DNA of 64,000 nt from positions 143,007 to 207,006 of the forward strand of contig NW_003314406.1 in assembly GCF_000143415.4 (NCBI RefSeq), read 5' to 3'. Origin of the DNA: Selaginella moellendorffii (lineage: Eukaryota > Plantae > Lycopodiophyta). The notes under the pieces were generated by a model. It was not told the origin of the DNA. It ran no database searches and was given only the letters and a program-made list of their open reading frames with translations. Of the stretch, positions 13,135 through 24,986 are shown one piece after another. A program made the position numbers and the translations under genes. Position 1 is the stretch's first letter; the number at the start of each line of letters is the position of its first letter.

Positions 13135-14405
13135 TGTAAACTCCTGAATTTGGTCTTGAGAGCCCTACTCTCTTGACACCCTACCCCTCAGGTTGAGCCT
13201 AGCCAATTACTCCTCCACAGAGCCATCCTCCAAGTTCCCATCCTTGTCCAGCATCGACGACTTCATGTACTGCATCTTTGCTTGCTCGTTCCCAATGATT
13301 CATGAAAAGATAACAAGCTTTGGAACTTGCCTTCTCAAATCCATTCAAGTCTGCAGCTGTTCTTGTTGGCTCATAGCTCATCTAGAGCATGATCTTTGTT
13401 CCAGTCCCTGTTGCCACCACAACAATTTTGCATTGGGTGTTTCTGCTGCAAAGAATGTTCTTTGCTTGAATTCTAAAGAAACTCTGGGGAGAAATTTGTT
13501 CCAAGCACCATAATACTTTAGAGACTCCATTTACAAAAAGGCAAGCTTACCAAGTTTTCCTTACAGAATACTAATTGTAATTCTCCTTGTAAGTTATTTT
13601 GCACCTCAGAAAAGCCTGACAGTAAAGTAAGTTGAAAATGATGCTTTTGATGAGCTCTTTACTTACAGCATCAAGGATCTTTATTTACATGTCAAATCCA
13701 ATTGAGGTGTTCTTGAATGACATGGATACTATAAGCCTTAGCAAGTTTTCCCGCACGACAAAATCAGATATGATCACATCAACATAAAAAGTGGAGCTTC
13801 ATACCTGAAGAGTAGCCAATGTTTTGTATATAAGGACATTTTTAAGAGCATGAGAGGAAGTGATTGAATGATCTGAAATAGAATGATTAGAAAAGAATAT
13901 CTTGTAGAATTCTTTAACCTCCACTTGTACTAAGGTCCTGACTCTCCCAAACTAGGCCATCTATCCAAGAGTGGTCATCCTATGACCATACTGAGCACCT
14001 CAAAACATGGGGAACACCATCCCTTAATATTTCTTCTTTAATCCCCACCAAGTCCCTCTTTGTCAATAGTAGTGCTCACCAATACCACCACTAGTTTGGG
14101 TCTGAAGGGCCATCCACTAAGTCCCTCTAACGTTTAGGACTTTCTCACCATGTAACCATACCACTAGTTATTAAGCAAGAGGACCATTCTTTTTTCTTTC
14201 CACAGTTAGGGACTTTGGAATGATATGTCAAAACACTACAACTCAACATAAACATTACAGTTACTCTCCCCACCTTCCTCTACTAGAGTGCCCTAGCTGT
14301 GTGGCTAAAGTGAGGTTTTGATGAGCCACGCAAGGTAAGTAGTATCACTCATATTTGGATTAAGAACATCGACTATTCAATCTCCTAGAGGAGCTAGAGC
14401 CAACT

Positions 14406-17400
14406 TGTCACGAATGTGACTTCAACTATCAAAAGTTACCTATTGATTAATCCTTTTGGATATTCTTTTCTTACTGCCATGACGGCAAGAGGTTGGTATT
14501 GCTAGACTGTTATCAATTCCCACTTGAGCTAGTTGAATAATTAGTCAATGACCATGCACTTAAATCGGATAAACATAAGGTAGAAACCCTATGTGTTTCT
14601 TGCTGAGCATACTTAGCCTAATTTAAGAAACTCTTATTATTGGCTTGCACTTGAGCCCCATAATATTGAGTCTAGTCCTGCAATATTTGCTAAATGATAG
14701 CTTATTGTTTCTACCAAACACCCTTGCTATCATACCCTTTATGTTAGTTTCATTTAAGTCCCACATGCTATTTATAGAAAGTATTTAGATTTGCTCATTT
14801 GGCATATCTACAGAATGTCCTGAACACAATGGTGTTCGTCCTGTGTTTCCATATTGGCATGTTGACTCTACCTTTGTCAATATCATTTAGTTATGTTTAG
14901 TCTGTGGTGTTGGATTTCATTAAGTCTTAGACGTGGTGAATCACTCCTTAATGATGTATTATCTGTAGTTGAGTATTATGAAGAATTAGTCTCAAATATT
15001 GAGTAAAGTATCTTTGACTTTGGTTAGCTTTGTTGCTAGAGAGCTTTGAGTGGTGATTCACTCTTGCTTTTCTTCTAGCTTTGTTTACGTGTTGATGGCA
15101 TTGAAGTGATGTCTTATTATTAACATTATTGTTATTGAGATTTAAGTGGGATGAAATGTCTCTCTGTAGGATTGATATTGAGTTTCATTAGTCTCGATGA
15201 AGATAATGTTGATGATTTGGTTATGGCTTTATGTTATTAGCATTCGTGCATTTGTTAGTTAGCAAATATGTTGGCTTTCAAACAAGTTAAGTAACAAGTG
15301 GAGTTAGTTATGTTCTAGATGAGATTATTTAGTAGGGGTTTAGCTTTGAGGTTTTCCTTGAAAAATGATTTAGTCATAGACTAAACTAACTTTATGAGAG
15401 GAAGAGTTAGTGATTGATATTGAAGATGTTGGTTCCTTGTTAGAATTAACTCGGGGATATATCAATCATTGATGATTCTTCTTAGGCTTGTTATAAAGTG
15501 AGTGACATATTGCTATATAAAATGGATTCATGGAGGATTGATTTGATAATCATTTTTTGAGCATACATTTGTTATGCTTAGCTTTTGAATTGATGCAAAA
15601 TGTTCTTCATTAATTTTGTATTATAAAGTTTGGCTTCTTGATATGTTGAGTAGGATGTTATGGATTATACCATGATTTCTTCTTTGGCATTGAAGTTAGG
15701 TCATATGAGACTCATGATCATTATTATGCAAGACTTGGCTATAAACTTTTTCGAGCTTTTGGTTCCTTGAGTTTTTTGTGTTTATTGTTCCATTTACTAA
15801 GAGTTGTTGGGGAAGGCATTTTTGGCTTATTAGCTTTGATGTTGAAGTTAGTATTTGCATCTGGCAATCATTGATAATGATTGATTGTCATCTAGGATAA
15901 TTGATTACCTTGTCAAAAGTTTTGCTTGATTATTGTCGTGAATGTGACTTCGGGTATCAAAAGTTACCTGTCGGCTAGTCCTTTCAGATATTCTTTCTTT
16001 ACTACCACGATGACAGGAGGTCGGTATTACTAGACCTATTATCAGTTCCCACTTGAGTTAGTTGAGAAACTGGTTAATGATCATACACTTAAATTGGATA
16101 AACATAAGGTAGAAACCCTATATATTTCTTGCTAAGCATACTCAGCTTGGTTTGAGAAACTTGTATCATTGGTTTGCACTTGCTAGTATCAAGAACCCCT
16201 ACGATGAGCTTAGTCCCTTAATATTCGCTAGATGATAGCTTATCGTGTTTGCCAAACACCCTCGCTATCATGCCCTTTGTGTTAGTCTCATTCTGGTCCC
16301 AAATGTTATTTATGGAAAGTGTCTAGATTTGCTCATTTGGCATATCTATAGAATATAGAGATTGTCCTGAACATAATGGTGTTCGTTCTATGTCTAGTTC
16401 ACAATCTAGAGACATTCCATATTTAGTAAGTTTCAAGCTTGTCCTAGAGACTAACTCTTGACACTAAGGGAGGCTTGGGGTGAAAGCCCAAAGCGTGTGT
16501 TCCTTAAGGGGGGGGGGGGGGGGAAGGGTGTGATGTTCAAGGCTTAAACATACTATGAACTTATGTGATGTTGTTGATAGGAGGAAATTGGTTGAGTCTT
16601 GAAAGTTTGTATTCTTAGACTTAGAGTCATTCTTTCTCTAGGATAGAAAATTTTTCATAAGTTTTCTTAGACTTTTCCAATGGTTGATCTGTTGATTACT
16701 TTGCCCAAAAACCATTATGTTTTCGTAAGCTAATACAAACTAGTGAAAGGGTTAGAGTTGACTTCGGTTGACTTAGATATTAGTAAGTAGTTTGTATGAT
16801 GCGACCCGAAAGGGATGCTAACTTTTGGGACTAAAGCAATTAAGTTGGATAGAGTTTGGAGTTGATGTAGAAAAGTGGCCGTTGTGCTTTTCTAAGAAAG
16901 GTGACCCTTGTGCCTTTCTTCTATAGCGTCATGCTTGGTGGCAGGTTGCACCTTGCATTTTGTTATACTCTATAAAAGTAGTGAGCTCTCACTAATCTTG
17001 ACTTGGTCTTGGTGGCCTTTTGCTTTGGCTAAGGATGGTGATGTCTAGTTTAATTGTTTAATGTTGAGATGTTAGTAGCTGTATTATAGCTTTGTCTATA
17101 AGGAGATTGTGTACCGATATGAGTCGATCTCATGGTCTTCACTTTAGTTTCAACTACGTGTTGATCATGCATAGCTAGCCTCTTTAAGGCATGCTTAGAG
17201 CTATTGACTAAATACATTAGTGCACTTATTGTAGTTGAGTTGGATTTGAGTGGTCATTTAGTTTATACTTATTCATGAACCTTTATCTCGTGCCTGAGGT
17301 ATTACGTTCATGTTGGATAAGTATATGACTTGATAGCATGAGTTTAGTGTTTGGGTCTTGTGAAGGCAAGTTGAAGAGCGGTTGTTGGTAGTTCGTCAAA

Positions 17401-20400
17401 GATTGTTGATACTTGTTTTGCTCGATGAAAATTTATTGGTGATAGGCTTGCTTTACCGGATGGTGTTGTGGAGGATCATATTGGACATATTGATTCCTTT
17501 ATTGATATCATTTGGTTGCATTTAGTCCATAGTGTTTCATTTCATGGAGTCTCGGATGTGGTGATTCACTCCTTGATGATGTGTTATCTGAAACTGAGTA
17601 TTGTTGAAGGATTAGTCTCGGATACTGAGTAAAGTATCTTTGACTTTGGTTAGTTTGGTTGCTAAAGAGCTTTGAGTGGTGATTCACTCTTTGCTTTCTA
17701 TTAGCTTTGTTATGGTGTTAATGGCACTGAAGTGATGCTCTATCATTGACATTATTTATGTTGAGTCTTGAATGAAATGAGATGTCTCTCCATGGGATTA
17801 ATATTGAGTTTCATTAGTCTTGATGCAAATAGTGTTGAAAATTGGGCTGTAGCTTTGTGTTATTGACATTTATACATTTGCTAGTTAGCAACTATATAAA
17901 CGTTCAAATGAGCTGAGTAGCAAGTAGAGTTAGTTGTGTTCTAGACGAGATTGTTTAGTAGGGGTTGAGCTTTAAACTTTTCCTTGAAAAGTGATTTAGT
18001 CATAGACTAAATTAACTCTACGAGCGGAAGGGTTAGTGATCGATGTTGGAAGGTTTGAATCCTTATTGGATTTAAATTGGAATATATTGATCATTAATGA
18101 TTCTTCCCATGCTTGTTATGAAGTGAGTTACTTCTTTCTATAGATGGATTCATGAAGGATAGGTTTGATGGTCTATGCTTAGCTTTTGGATTGATGCATA
18201 CATGCTCTTCATTAGCTTTGCATTATGAAGTTTAGCTTATAGATGTGTTGAAGAGGATATTGTGGGTTGTATCATGATTTCTTCTTTAACATTGAAATTA
18301 GTTTATGTAAGACTTGTGATCATTATTAGGCAAGACTCAGACTTCTTTAAGTTTTTGGTTCTTTGAATTTTATGTTTATTGTTTCATTTATTAGGAGTTG
18401 TTGAGGAAGGCATTTTGGCTTATTAGCTTTGATGTTGAAGTTAGTATTTGTATATAGCAATCATTGGTGATGATTGACTATTATTTAGGATAGTTGATTA
18501 TTTTTGTCAAAAGATTTTGCTTGATTGTTATTGATATAGAATGATTTACCATTCTTCAAGATGGTGGATTCTTTCTTTGACGATGATTATACATTTCTCT
18601 TTATTAATGGGATAATTGATAGACTTTCATGATAGTTAGTTATTCTCTTTGATGGCCTATGGTTTTTCGCAATACCACACATTCTTTGTGGTTTGCTTTG
18701 AATTAGTCTTTTGGGTTTGAAATATTGATAGGATGTTGTTGACACTTGCTTGAGCAACTCTAGTTCTTTGGTATTATTGACCAAAATCTATTTAGATTGA
18801 TTAGTGTAATAGTTGGCATAAATGAGTGTTTGTTAGTCTTACCACATTCATTTTGTTCTATTGATTATTACTCGAGCTAGTTGTGATAAATTAGGATGTT
18901 ATTTCTTTCGGGTGATACATTCGTGAGCATTGTCCTTGCTAGTCAATGATACTTTGTGTTTTTTTAGTTGTCTTTTGTAAGTTTTTTCGCATGCTATTTG
19001 CAATCTTTGATAGTTACATTTTATCATTAAGGTTTTTTTATGATACACTGACTATTAAATTTTGTTGGATGGTGAATCCTATGTTTTCCAATTATGATGA
19101 TCTTGGTGGTTTTTATATGCTAATACTGGTTTATCGGATGATAACTTGCTTAAAATACTTTTGTGTTCTAATATAAGATTTATTCACTAATAATGAAGTC
19201 TCTAAGATATCATTGTCTATGACTTTGATATTGTCCATGTATTAATCTTTGAGTTTGGGCCAGTATATGCAGATTGGCTTCGGCACTTCATGTGCATGTT
19301 GAAATCATTAGTCATGGGGTAGCTACTGTCGATTGGTCACATCACCCGCCTCTCTATCGATGTTCCTTATTCTGTTAAAAAAAGGGCATTTCTGTGTAAA
19401 CAACTCTAACTACTTGTTTACAGTAGTCTATCTAAACCTTATCGACAGTTTAGTTTCTTTTCTTAGGAGGGTTGGGGCCTCGTGCTTCTCTCTCTATGTC
19501 CCTACGGGCAAGGGCATATCACACTTTTGTAAACTGGGTGACACCCAGAGCAGCAGGGGTGGCTAACTCTATTGGTTATTTCCTTGTTAGTAACAGCCAG
19601 AAGGTGTCTGAGTTGGTAGTGTATCCGTGTTAGACAAAGAGGTTACCTTAACTCCTTTAAGTTGGTGCATTTCTCACATAGTGTGATCACCGGGAACTTT
19701 TTCTGGAATTGTTTCCTTGGCAGTGGTCTAGACTCGAGTATGCATTGATGAGGACATTGATCTTCCTTAAGGGGGGGAGAGTGTCACAAATGTGACTTCG
19801 GGTATCAAAAGTTACCTATCGGTTAGTCCTTTCGAATATTCTTCCTTACTGCTTTGGGTTTGAGACATTGGTAGGATGTTGCTAATGCTTGTTTAAGCAA
19901 CTTGAGTTCCTTCATATTATTGAACGAGATCTATTTAGATTGGCTAGTGTGATAGTTGGTATGAACGAGTGTTTGTTGGTCTTGCTGCATTCATTCTGTT
20001 TTGTTGATTGTTGTTATAGTTAATTCTGATAGATTTGATGTTATTTTTTTGGGCTGATATATTCACGAGCTTTTACTTGTTAGTCAATGATACTTTATAC
20101 ATCGGTGATTGTGCAGTGATCGAAAACATCGACCAAGGCAAAGAGTTTCACGACACGAGCTAGCCAAAATTTGAGGAGCTCATTCCAGTTGCTAGCGCAC
20201 TTATCAACACAAGAGAGGTTTTCGATCGAAAGTGTGCCAAGGACGTTGTCCTGGACCCCTATGATCATTATTTACGTCCAAAACAGTGAGCTAATGCTGG
20301 CTGTGGATGTCTTCCAAAAATGGTGGTAAGTTCTGTTGCGGTGCTGGAGGCTTGTGGAAGCATACGAGCACTTGTTTGGGGACGAGAAATTTATGCCAAA

Positions 20401-21345
20401 CTCGCAACAGCCCTCAAAAGCTCATCCTTTGAATGGAACAACAGGGTGTTTGCAGCTTTTAGTTGTCTTTTGTAATTTTTTTAGTATACTATCTAAAATT
20501 TTTGATAGTTAAGTTTTATTATTGAGTTTTATTGATGATACACTAGCTATTGAATTTTGTTGGATAGTAAATTCTATGTTTTCCAACTATAGTGATCTTG
20601 GTGGTTCCTATACTTTAATACTGGTTTATCGGATGATAACTTGCTTAAAATATTTTTGTGTTCTAATATAAGATTTATTCACTGATAATGAAGTCTCTAA
20701 GATATCATTGTCTATGACTTTGATATTGTCCATGTATTAATCTTTGAGTTTAGGCTAGTATAGGTAGACTGGCTTCGGCACTTCGTGTGCATGGTGAAAT
20801 CTTTAGTCATGGGGTACCTACTGTCGATTGGTCACACCACCTGCCTCTTTGTCAATATTCTTTATTTCATTAAAAGGGCATGACAGTGTAAACAATTCTA
20901 ACTGCTTATTGATAGTAGTCTATCTAAACCTTACTAATGGGTTTGGCTTCTTTACTTAGGAGGGTGGGTCCTCTAGCTTCTTTTTGTATTTCTCTGCAGG
21001 TAGAGGCGTATCACACTTTTGTAAGCTAGGTGACACTTAGAGTAGTAAAGGTGGCTAACTATGTTGGTCATTTCCTTGTCAGCAACAGCAGGATAGTGTC
21101 TGAGTTGGTAGCTCATCCACGTTAGACAAAGAAGTTATCCTAATTCATTTAAGTTGATGCATTTCTTATATAATGTGAACATCATAAGCTTTTTCTGGAG
21201 TTGTTTCTTTGGTGGTGTTCTAGACTGGAGTATGTATTGACGAGGACATCGATCTTCCTTAATAGGGGGAGAGTGTCACAAATGTGACTTCAGGTATTGA
21301 AAGTTATTTGTTAGCTACTTCTTCCGAATATTCTTTCCTTATTGC
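14406..21345 (+). mobile_element. Degenerate tandem/nested copies of LTR family D
   Basis: The LTR start TGTCACGAATGTGACTTC recurs at 14406, 15934, 19782 and 21274; the last two follow PPT GGGGGAGAG. Internal blocks are duplicated (~14870-15930 = ~17490-18530; ~18735-19850 = ~19860-21345). The region is strongly C-depleted, has no intact ORF, and shares its LTR with 62985-63891. Confidence 0.7.
20101..20457 (+). pseudogene. PPR gene fragment inserted in retroelement internal region
   Basis: Translates to CAVIENIDQGKEFH..IPVASALIN..REVFDRKCAKDVV.WTPMIIIYVQN..AVLEACGSIRALVWGREIY. It is absent from the sister copy at ~18955. Confidence 0.7.
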
Positions 21346-21543
21346 TATAGTGCACCTTATCTCTATCCCCTTAAGCCAACTGAAAAATTGGCAATTGCTT
21401 GATGAAAGAGCCCTTAGTGGCTATTTTTGTAAAGAACTGACTCTCCGAGGTGTCGAAGGCTAGAGGATCCCTGAAGGCACAACCAAAATGATAAAGAGTT
21501 TATTGAATGAGACCGAGTCTAAGATTGAGTCCGAGACCTACTC

Positions 21544-22879
21544 TGTTAGGCGCCAGCTTTGACTACGTGGTCAACGTTGGTCAAAGGCAAGGACAGTGGG
21601 ATCTATATCTTCCGTTGGTGCAATTTGCTTACAACAATAGCCAACACAGTGGAACCAAGCTAAGTCCTTACTTTGCGATGTTTGGAAGGCATCCTCGAAC
21701 AGCGGTGGAGTTGGGATTGCATTTGAGTAAGGACGTTCAAGAAAAGCNNNNNNNNNNNNNNNNNNNNNNNNNNNNNNNNNNNNNNNNNNNNNNNNNNNNN
21801 NNNNNNNNNNNNNNNNNNNNNNNNNNNNNNNNNNNNNNNNNNNNNNNNNNNNNNNNTCGCCAATTCCGGGAATATAAGGTGGGTGATCTCGTCTTCGTGC
21901 GAGTGATCTTTCCGTCAAGTGAGCGGCGGAACACCTTGGTGCCTTTACGGATAGGGAAGAGTGATAAACTCTCCCATCGATATGCTGGTCCATATGAAGT
22001 GCTGGAGCGCATTGGTAAAGCGGCTTATCGGGTGCGGCTGCCAGCTGGGGTGAAAATTCATCCGGTATTTTATGTCAGCCAGTTGAAAGGTGTACTATCT
22101 CGGAGTGACGGGCCCAATGCCTCCTTGATGTATACGGCTGTGGAAGATGGACCAGGAGCTTGAGCAAGATTCCCCAGAAAGGGTGATCACCGGTACAACT
22201 CGTCCTTGGGACAAGGACTTTGTTGGGGGGGAAGAATTGTTAGGCGCCAGCTTTGACTACGTGGTCAACGTCGGTCAAAGGGAGGCTCAAGGGTATATTA
22301 AGGCATGTTAGGGTAAGGGACTTAACCTACCCTAGGGCTCACAGTGGAGCGGCGGCGCAGTGGAGCTTTTGAGGTAGCTCGGGGGTGGTTGGGTGGTGAG
22401 GAACCTCAAGAGGTGGCGTAGTATAGTCTAGGGCAACAAGATCTTTGTCTTTTTGCGCCGGATCATAACATTAATGTTATGATACCATTGTTAGGATCCT
22501 ATCCCTTACACCCTAAGCCAACTGGCTAAAGGGGTGATCACTTGATTGCAGGGCCCTTTCCTTATCCTATTATCCTAACAATGGTATCGGAGCCCAGTTC
22601 GATTCTCGTGGCTAACGAATGGGGCAAGAATATTCTGAAGGAATATTCAACATGGTGGATCTAGAGGGAGAACCAAGGTTTGGTAGACCCTAAGAGAAGG
22701 ACCATAGTGACTGGAGGATGGCCTAAGTATGATCGCGGACGAGCATTCCCTGACGAGGGGGACGAGGGGGAGGATTGTTAGGCACCAGGTCAGGATAATA
22801 GGATAAGGAAAGGGCCCTGCAATCAAGTGATCACCCCTTTAGCCAGTTGGCTTAGGGTGTAAGGGATAGGATCCTAACA
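21544..22879 (+). mobile_element. Chimeric insert: internally deleted gypsy C copy fused to a short-LTR TRIM-like unit
   Basis: TSD TACTC at 21539-21543 and 22880-22884. A C-LTR start is joined to integrase via GGTCAAAGG microhomology, followed by a full C LTR (22238-22470), a 92-bp LTR (22489-22580), PBS at 22582, PPT ending ~22775, and an inverted copy of the short LTR (22792-22879). Confidence 0.75.
21748..21856. other. Assembly gap (109 N)
   Basis: N run. Its length equals the 109 nt between the same flanks in element C (~58711-58819). Confidence 0.95.
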
Positions 22880-23846
22880 TACTCGAAGACCGAGTTTGAG
22901 ACCGAGTTCGAGATCGAGTCCGAGACCGACTCTGAGACCGAGTTCAAGACCGAGTTCGAGACCAAGTTCAACATCAAGTCCAAGATCTGATATCGGGTCC
23001 GAGACTGAGTCTGAGATCAAGTTCAAGACTGAGTCTGAAGTCGAGCCCAAAGTCGAGTCCGAGATTGAGTCTGAGACCGAGCCCGAAGTCGAGTTCGAGA
23101 CAGAATCTGAATACTAATACAGGTTGTGGGGTGAAAGCCCAAAGTGTGTGTCTTTCAGGGGGGGGGGGAGAGCACTATAGGGGGTTCCAAAAGTATAGTA
23201 GGGATAGTGAGGTCCAGGAATCAGCCTTGAAGGAACTCTTCAGTGGTGCTTCCAAATTGATTTGAGGTTGAGATTGGGGCCAAGGGGCCTTGGATGGGAG
23301 TGAACATGGACTTGGGTGGTGCCAAAGGGGCCACCCAAGGAAGTGCTCAAGAGTAGCTTCCACTCTCGGAAAGGAAACCAACTGCAATGCTCTTGGCTTA
23401 TATGGAGTGGTGCCCCACTTGAGTACCTTGTGGATCATTGGTCTTTGCCTTTCCTAGAGGCTTGGGCCTTCCCTTTGGGATGGAAGTTGGGGGGGTAGAG
23501 GTACCCATACTGGGCCGTTAGGCCACGGTGTTTCACCTTGGCGTCTCAAAGCAAGTGTTGCACCCAAGGCTTAGGATTTAGAGGGTCCCATGATCAAATC
23601 TTATTGTACCAAGGGATGGTAGGAACCTAGAGGCTTGGTGTGCTTGGTTGTTTGCGCTTGCGAGGAGTGTAGCCAAACCTTAGTCCAATTTAACCCGGGG
23701 ATGGGGATTGGGAGAGTTTTGGGAATTCGTGGATGGATGGCTAACACTTTGTTGCTTGTGCAGTGAGTAGTTGAAATCAAGTAGGACCAAGTAGGAGCTA
23801 GTACAATAGGCAGGAATCTTGGTGAGGGAACTTAGCTAAAGCCAAG

Positions 23847-24954
23847 TGTAAGCGACTAAATTTTCCATTCTACTTTAGTCACTTAACCACACCTCTGACC
23901 ACTTGGAGGAGTCTCATTCACAACCTCCATAAGTCCAATCCAGGACTTGGGACTTGCTAGCCCCGAGAATGGCATCCATGCCACTCAACATTTGCACTTG
24001 GTCCAAGTGCTCCACGTGTCCGATCCCATGACCAACACTCAAAGGTACCACCGACATAGCAGCCCGTTACGCTAAGGCCATGCCCAATCACCTTTGCCAC
24101 ACTGGTAGTCCAATACCACTTGCATCACCGTCTTGGCTCTCCAAGACTAGGCAAACCATCCGTGAGTGGTCATCTCAGATCCACTCCTTAGCATCCTTAG
24201 GATGCCCACCGACAAGGGGAATAACCTTCCCCAATATCCCTCTGTCAGTCCCCACTAAGTCCCTTTCTGCCCCTGGCCGTGTTTGCCAACACTGCCACTG
24301 GATCGAGACCCACAGGCCCGACCACTAAGTCCCACGGTCCTCTGGGACTTCCTCACCACACGACTGTGTCCTTGGTCACTACCCCAGAGGACTGCTCCTC
24401 TTCCTTTCCACAGTCTGGGCCTTTGGGACAACATTTCGGAACACCGTGGCCTTACGCGAGCCACCTGGGTACTCTCCTCGCCTTCTGCCCTTGGGTGCTC
24501 TAGCCATGGGCTTAGAGCGGGTTCCGTTGAGCCACACCAGGTATCCAAGTAGGTAGTGCCACCCACACTTGGACTGGGAGCATCGGCCAGTCGATCTCCC
24601 GGGGGAACTAGAGCCGGCTCTTGAACACTTCACCAAGCTACCCCGCTTGTCGGTCTGTGTTCACTCTAGTCTTGGACTTCCCAGTGGGCAGCTCATCACC
24701 CAACACTGGGTCCGGCCTTCCTGGGCCAAACTGGCCTTTCCTGGCCAAACTGGCTCCACTGCAGTCCTCCCCCTACTATACTTTTGGAGCAAACCAAACC
24801 CCCCAGGGTCTGGGAGACGAACGCTTTGGGCTTTCACCCTCTCAGGCTCCGGACTCGGACTCGGACTCGGACTCGGACTCGGACTCGGATTCGGACTCGA
24901 ACTCGGGCTCGGGCTCGGTCTCGGCCTCGGCCTCGGTCTCGGTCTCGGTCCCGA

Positions 24955-24986
<32 letters not shown>

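Noticed and set aside
13135-14405. Degenerate LTR-like sequence
   Set aside because: Patchy similarity to TRIM and LARD LTRs, but no definable ends.
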